From assembly GCA_021827645.1 (NCBI GenBank), contig JAKAVA010000055.1, positions 23,185 through 87,184 on the forward strand: DNA of 64,000 nucleotides, read 5' to 3'. A model generated the notes under the pieces. That model made no database searches and had not been told where the DNA came from. It saw nothing but the letters and a program-made list of their open reading frames with translations. Source of the DNA: Planctomycetota bacterium (GTDB lineage Bacteria; Planctomycetota; Phycisphaerae; WQYP01). This document shows, piece after piece, positions 59,957 to 64,000 of this stretch. Numbering within the stretch: position 1 is the stretch's first letter; every line of letters starts with the position of its first letter. Position numbers and translations under genes: made by a program.

Positions 59957-60520
59957 TCAGTATATGAGGATGTCCAATAGCGTATTGAGGGGTGATCCAC
60001 CGCTGTATCCGCCGCCCGAAATCCAGTTGCTGCCCGGGTTGATCATGCCGGTTTGCGGCATGGGTTTGGCGGCCTTGGCATCAATCACGGCGCTGGTTGC
60101 TTCCACCCTGGCGCACCGCTCCCGCAGAGAGACAATTCGGGGATCGGTGCTGGTTTTCATCGCGTGGAATAATTGTTTGATCAGCGGTCGCTTGCCGACA
60201 TCCGTCCATACGCAGCCGCACTTGATGCATTCCTGAACGTTTATCGGGATCATCAGATGCAGGCGACCAATCCGCATCGTTTGCCGACATTCTGGACACG
60301 GAAACGGCCGTTTGGAGTCAGACTCGGCAACGAGGGCCGCCAGTTCTTTCAGGCCCGGCTCATCGGCCGATGTTTCCGACGGAGTCGGGTCGGCCATGAC
60401 CCAATGCAGCAGATTTGGCTTGGGCGACCAGTTCCCAAAGCAGTTGCTGCAGGTGCAATAGTGATATTGCGGTTCCTGAACACGTGACATCAGCGTAAAA
60501 CACGATGGGCATCTCGGCAT
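59957..60520 (-). CDS. Double zinc-ribbon protein
   Basis: Two CxxC...CxxC ribbons (CPSC...CTCSNC; CPEC...CIKCGC). Start taken at the MPRC Met; the track ORF extends 33 codons further upstream. Confidence 0.4.
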   Translation of the reverse strand: MPRCPSCFTLMSRVQEPQYHYCTCSNCFGNWSPKPNLLHWVMADPTPSETSADEPGLKELAALVAESDSKRPFPCPECRQTMRIGRLHLMIPINVQECIKCGCVWTDVGKRPLIKQLFHAMKTSTDPRIVSLRERCARVEATSAVIDAKAAKPMPQTGMINPGSNWISGGGYSGGSPLNTLLDILIY

Positions 60521-60687
60521 GGTCTTGACCTCGATACGTAAACGACTGTACGTATGAGATGATATCCGAGAAGAGCCCGAGAATAAAATGATCAGATGAG
60601 TAAAACCGGTCTTTATCAACCGTAATCAGCTGACCATAAAGCTCGCATATCTTGCCGCCGTTTACCCTGCGTTCATGCCCACCGTCA

Positions 60688-62118
60688 CTATCTCGCGGCC
60701 ACACTTTGCTTAGAAACCGGAACCGCTGATGGGCGTCGGGTACCGGCTGACTCGTCCGCCATGCGGCGGGATTTTGCGGGGCTCGGCTGAAGCGCTTCCG
60801 CACCCGTCTCGATATCTCGCTTTACCTTTGCAAGACCTCGCAGAATATCGGAGGCGGTTTTATACGGGCTATTGGCACGATCTTCCGGCCGTAATATCTC
60901 GCTGGTCAGATACTTGATATGCCGCGCTTCAGGGCTTCGTGGATCGTAACTGATCAGACCGACAAAATCAGGGTTCTGGTGGGGCGTATTCATCTGGTAA
61001 GCGAGGTAGAACAGATCTACAGCCTTATCCACCTTGTGCACACCCTGGCAAAGGACATCGGATGTCACCAATCCTTTTTCGCTCATGGTGTACAGCATGC
61101 GCTGAATCTGGCTGGTCCGCATCATTTCCTCAAAGAGCGTTGAGAGCAGCGTGTTATCCCCGAAAGACTCGCCTACACGCACGGCAGAGCCGAAATCGAT
61201 GAAGCCGACACCCTCGGATGTAATGACGAAATTATCCAGCCGGAGATCAAGATGAATCACGCCGACCTTATCGTGAAGCACCTGCAGCAATTCGGTCGCC
61301 TGGGTTGCAAATTCGAGTTGCGAAATCATTCGTCCGCCGTTGCGAAGCCAGTTCATATAGAGCGTCCGAACAAACCCCTTGGAATCATGCTCGACGCCCA
61401 GACATCGGGGAACACGGTCGCTGTATGGTTTGGGCAGATCTCGCTGAAGGATTTTGAGCATGGCCGCCTCGCGGCTCAGGAATACAGGAAATATTTTGTC
61501 CGTAAATTTCAGCGCCCGACGCCGTAACTCATCCATCGGGGTGTCTGGAAATTTCTGGCGCAGTCTCGACATCACGCGGTCCACCGTGGGTACCTGTTTC
61601 ACTACGACGTATTCGACCTCATTGCCGTTTCGGCGGCTGGCGAGCTGCACACTGTAAGTGAATCGGTCGGTCGATTCCCCCGGCCTCAACAGATGGACCC
61701 TCCGGGCGATAAAATAATGGTACTTTTTGCCGAAGATTGGGAGTCCGAAAAAAGTTTTCTTCAGTTCTGTCGGCGGCAGATCGATGACAAATCCCTCGTG
61801 TTTCACATACCGGGCAGCCAACTCGCGCAACTCCGCCATATCTTCCGAGGCAACGATCACCCTGCCACCCCAGCGGATCATAGAAAATGACTCCTCAGGG
61901 CCGTAACGCTTGTCGGCAGGCAGGAACACATGGTAGGGAAGGCCCCTATCTTCACCCTTATCCGATTCATGGGTAACGCTGTCCGCCCGCAGATATTCCG
62001 CATCTCGGGCAAAACGCTTTTCTTTGACAAAGCCGGTGGCATCTGTCAGGGGAATGCTTGCCGCATTCAGAGGTTTTCGACGTACTGCCGATTTGGATTC
62101 AGGAGTTGGTTCAGGCAT
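60688..62118 (-). CDS. Protein-kinase-like (ePK fold) protein with unknown N-terminal domain
   Basis: Catalytic loop HLDLRLDNFVI (HxDxxxxN) followed by the DFG motif (GFIDFGSA). No canonical Gly-rich loop seen. The N-terminal ~230 aa is unassigned. Confidence 0.5.
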   Translation of the reverse strand: MPEPTPESKSAVRRKPLNAASIPLTDATGFVKEKRFARDAEYLRADSVTHESDKGEDRGLPYHVFLPADKRYGPEESFSMIRWGGRVIVASEDMAELRELAARYVKHEGFVIDLPPTELKKTFFGLPIFGKKYHYFIARRVHLLRPGESTDRFTYSVQLASRRNGNEVEYVVVKQVPTVDRVMSRLRQKFPDTPMDELRRRALKFTDKIFPVFLSREAAMLKILQRDLPKPYSDRVPRCLGVEHDSKGFVRTLYMNWLRNGGRMISQLEFATQATELLQVLHDKVGVIHLDLRLDNFVITSEGVGFIDFGSAVRVGESFGDNTLLSTLFEEMMRTSQIQRMLYTMSEKGLVTSDVLCQGVHKVDKAVDLFYLAYQMNTPHQNPDFVGLISYDPRSPEARHIKYLTSEILRPEDRANSPYKTASDILRGLAKVKRDIETGAEALQPSPAKSRRMADESAGTRRPSAVPVSKQSVAAR

Positions 62119-62358
62119 GCCTTCCTCGCTTCGTTCTACGGCGCCGCAGGCGCGATGCTTTCGCTGTCGATGTGCTGGCGCTATCAGATTGCCAAGCCGA
62201 TTAAAACCGGCACATCAGCCTGAGTGTCATCGGGAGATTTGCGGTCTGGGCATGAGATTTTCACATGCGAATCGATCCAATAAATGCGCATGAAAAAAGG
62301 ACCTCGCTATCGGAATAGCGAAATCCGGGAATACTTTCCGCCGAATGACGCAGAAATA

Positions 62359-63954
62359 TTATCGGGCGGAATCGATCAGATGCGACACATCGCGGCGGAG
62401 CCTGATCAGCATGTCGTGCGGGTGATACACCATATGTCCGCCCCGAAAAAACACCATATGGATATGCGACTGAAGTTTTTTGCTCAGATGCAGATGATCC
62501 ATTGAATAAATGGTTCCAAAAAACGGTGTGGCCAGATCAAAATAGCCGCTGCACACGAGAACCTGCATGCCGGGATCGCGGATCATTCCCTGCTGCATGT
62601 TATCGGTCACGTACAGATATCCCATGCCGCCGGTTCCAAAATGCCATGGGAAGACACGAGGAGTGAGCGTGCGATAGGGGAGGTAGTTCCGGTAATGCAG
62701 TTTAGACTGAACCAACTCATTAAACCCGGTGGTAAAAGCAGGGGTGAAACGTGACATGGCGGGATCAAAATTGGATCGTTCTGAAAGCGCGTTCGGGGTA
62801 TACGCGGAAAGGCGCGTGTCCATGCGACCGATGACGCGGTGTTCGCTCCGCAGGAGTTGTTGTTCAAACATGTTCGGCCCCACCCGCAGATTCGCCGCCA
62901 GAATATAGCGCGTGGAAAGCCCGGTTAGATGCGACATTTCCTCAGCCGTTTTTAATTTCTGGGTTTTGCTCAAATCACTCCCCATCTCCAGTGCCGGCAG
63001 ATAATCATAAACCGCAAAATGCTCGGCCTCGGCGATGGTTCGGTGAAAGTGCTTTTCCAATTTTGGCGAGAGTTTATGGTAGTACCAGGCCGTTGTGGCA
63101 TACGTCGGCATGAAGAGCGGATAAGGCGTTTCATTACCGAAGCTCGGCATGAGTATTTGAAAATTTAACGCGCAGGAGATCAGGATCATCCCGTTAATGT
63201 CGATGCCGTCGTGCTGACTCAGATATTCACTCAGGCCAGCCGCACGAGTGGTACCATAACTTTCCCCCGCCAGAAATATCGGTGATCCCCACCGCCGGTA
63301 CATGGTCATATAGAGACGGATAAAATCGGCCACGGATGAGATATCCTGCTGTACGCCGTAAAATGCCCCTCCCGGCACCCCCGGTTCCTTGCGACTGTAG
63401 CCGGTACCGACCGGGTCAATAAACACCAAATCTGTTTTCCCGAGCCATGTCTGGTGATTTTTCACCAGTTTGAACGGCGGCGGCGTAACATTCCCGCCCG
63501 GCGTTAAAAGTACGCGGTACGGCCCTGCACAACCGATGTTCAGCCAGTTTGAGGCGGCTCCCGGGCCGCCATTGAAGCAGAAGGTGAGCGGTCGATGATT
63601 TGCTTTTCCTTTTGGTTCATCTCTGGTGTACGCAATGAAAAATATCTTCGCGAGAAGTTTGCCGTTTTCCCCTTTGATCGGCATGTATCCGGCTCTTGCG
63701 GTGAATGCGACTCGCTTGCCATTGAGCGTAATAGTGTGGTGCGTAATCGCCAGCGCATCGGGGGCGGCGGGGGGCAGATGGGAATCGATAACTTTCGGCA
63801 TAACCTTTTTCGCGACTGTCGGCCTGGCGCCGGTCGCTCCACGCGCCGAGATCGTCCACATACAAGGCTGCGCAATTGCAATAAGTCCGACAACGAGCCA
63901 CGGGAGCAGCCGCGAAATGCGGCACAATCCGGTATTCGATCTGTGGTTAAGCAT
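62359..63954 (-). CDS. Serine carboxypeptidase, peptidase family S10
   Basis: Signal peptide. S10 motifs FCFNGGPGAAS and catalytic Ser motif FLAGESYGT. ~530 aa. Confidence 0.75.
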   Translation of the reverse strand: MLNHRSNTGLCRISRLLPWLVVGLIAIAQPCMWTISARGATGARPTVAKKVMPKVIDSHLPPAAPDALAITHHTITLNGKRVAFTARAGYMPIKGENGKLLAKIFFIAYTRDEPKGKANHRPLTFCFNGGPGAASNWLNIGCAGPYRVLLTPGGNVTPPPFKLVKNHQTWLGKTDLVFIDPVGTGYSRKEPGVPGGAFYGVQQDISSVADFIRLYMTMYRRWGSPIFLAGESYGTTRAAGLSEYLSQHDGIDINGMILISCALNFQILMPSFGNETPYPLFMPTYATTAWYYHKLSPKLEKHFHRTIAEAEHFAVYDYLPALEMGSDLSKTQKLKTAEEMSHLTGLSTRYILAANLRVGPNMFEQQLLRSEHRVIGRMDTRLSAYTPNALSERSNFDPAMSRFTPAFTTGFNELVQSKLHYRNYLPYRTLTPRVFPWHFGTGGMGYLYVTDNMQQGMIRDPGMQVLVCSGYFDLATPFFGTIYSMDHLHLSKKLQSHIHMVFFRGGHMVYHPHDMLIRLRRDVSHLIDSAR

Positions 63955-64000
63955 TATTCCTCCTTAAATTGACGGTCAAGCATTTTAAGCGAACCGGCGC

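Overview
GC-rich bacterial chromosomal window, densely coded, with no rRNA, one tRNA, and no CRISPR array or recognisable transposase or integrase.

The left ~26 kb is housekeeping. It holds the 3' end of a Wzc-type BY-kinase, rny, trmB, purB, rlmN, proB, a GGDEF cyclase, a lone ABC ATPase, folD, an S1-domain protein, and a complete F-type ATP synthase operon (atpZ/I-like, a, c, b, delta, alpha, gamma, beta) with no epsilon gene, followed by a YbjQ-family gene and carA.

After tRNA-Leu(GAG) at 26754-26837 the content looks accessory:
- a KAP-like P-loop NTPase with an N-terminal multi-TM domain;
- a rhamnose / sulfated-glycan utilisation locus (GH106-like and GH78 alpha-L-rhamnosidases, RhaT rhamnose-H+ symporter, Cys-type sulfatase, an unassigned secreted hydrolase);
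- the most interesting module: a WYL-domain (BrxR/CapW-like) HTH regulator leading an operon that encodes a 776-aa protein with two AAA+ ATPase domains, translationally coupled to a DEDDh 3'-5' exonuclease, followed by a 374-aa protein whose motifs resemble the uracil-DNA-glycosylase superfamily. I regard this as a candidate uncharacterised defence or DNA-surveillance system.

The right ~16 kb holds murI, a HEAT-repeat lipoprotein, and a minus-strand six-gene membrane complex of the group-4 [NiFe]-hydrogenase / complex I type (NuoL-, NuoH-, HyfE-, NuoN-like, a fused NuoCD-like large subunit, and a ferredoxin fused to a NuoB-like small subunit). The large subunit has lost three of the four Ni-Fe cysteine ligands, so this is an energy-converting hydrogenase-related (Ehr) type complex rather than a true hydrogenase. 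It is led by an HTH_17 + PTS-EIIA(2) fusion regulator preceded by a triple direct repeat. Further upstream on the same strand are CMD-family, TPR, Zn-ribbon, kinase-like and S10 carboxypeptidase genes.

The many long antisense ORFs in the six-frame track are treated as shadow ORFs of GC-rich coding DNA.
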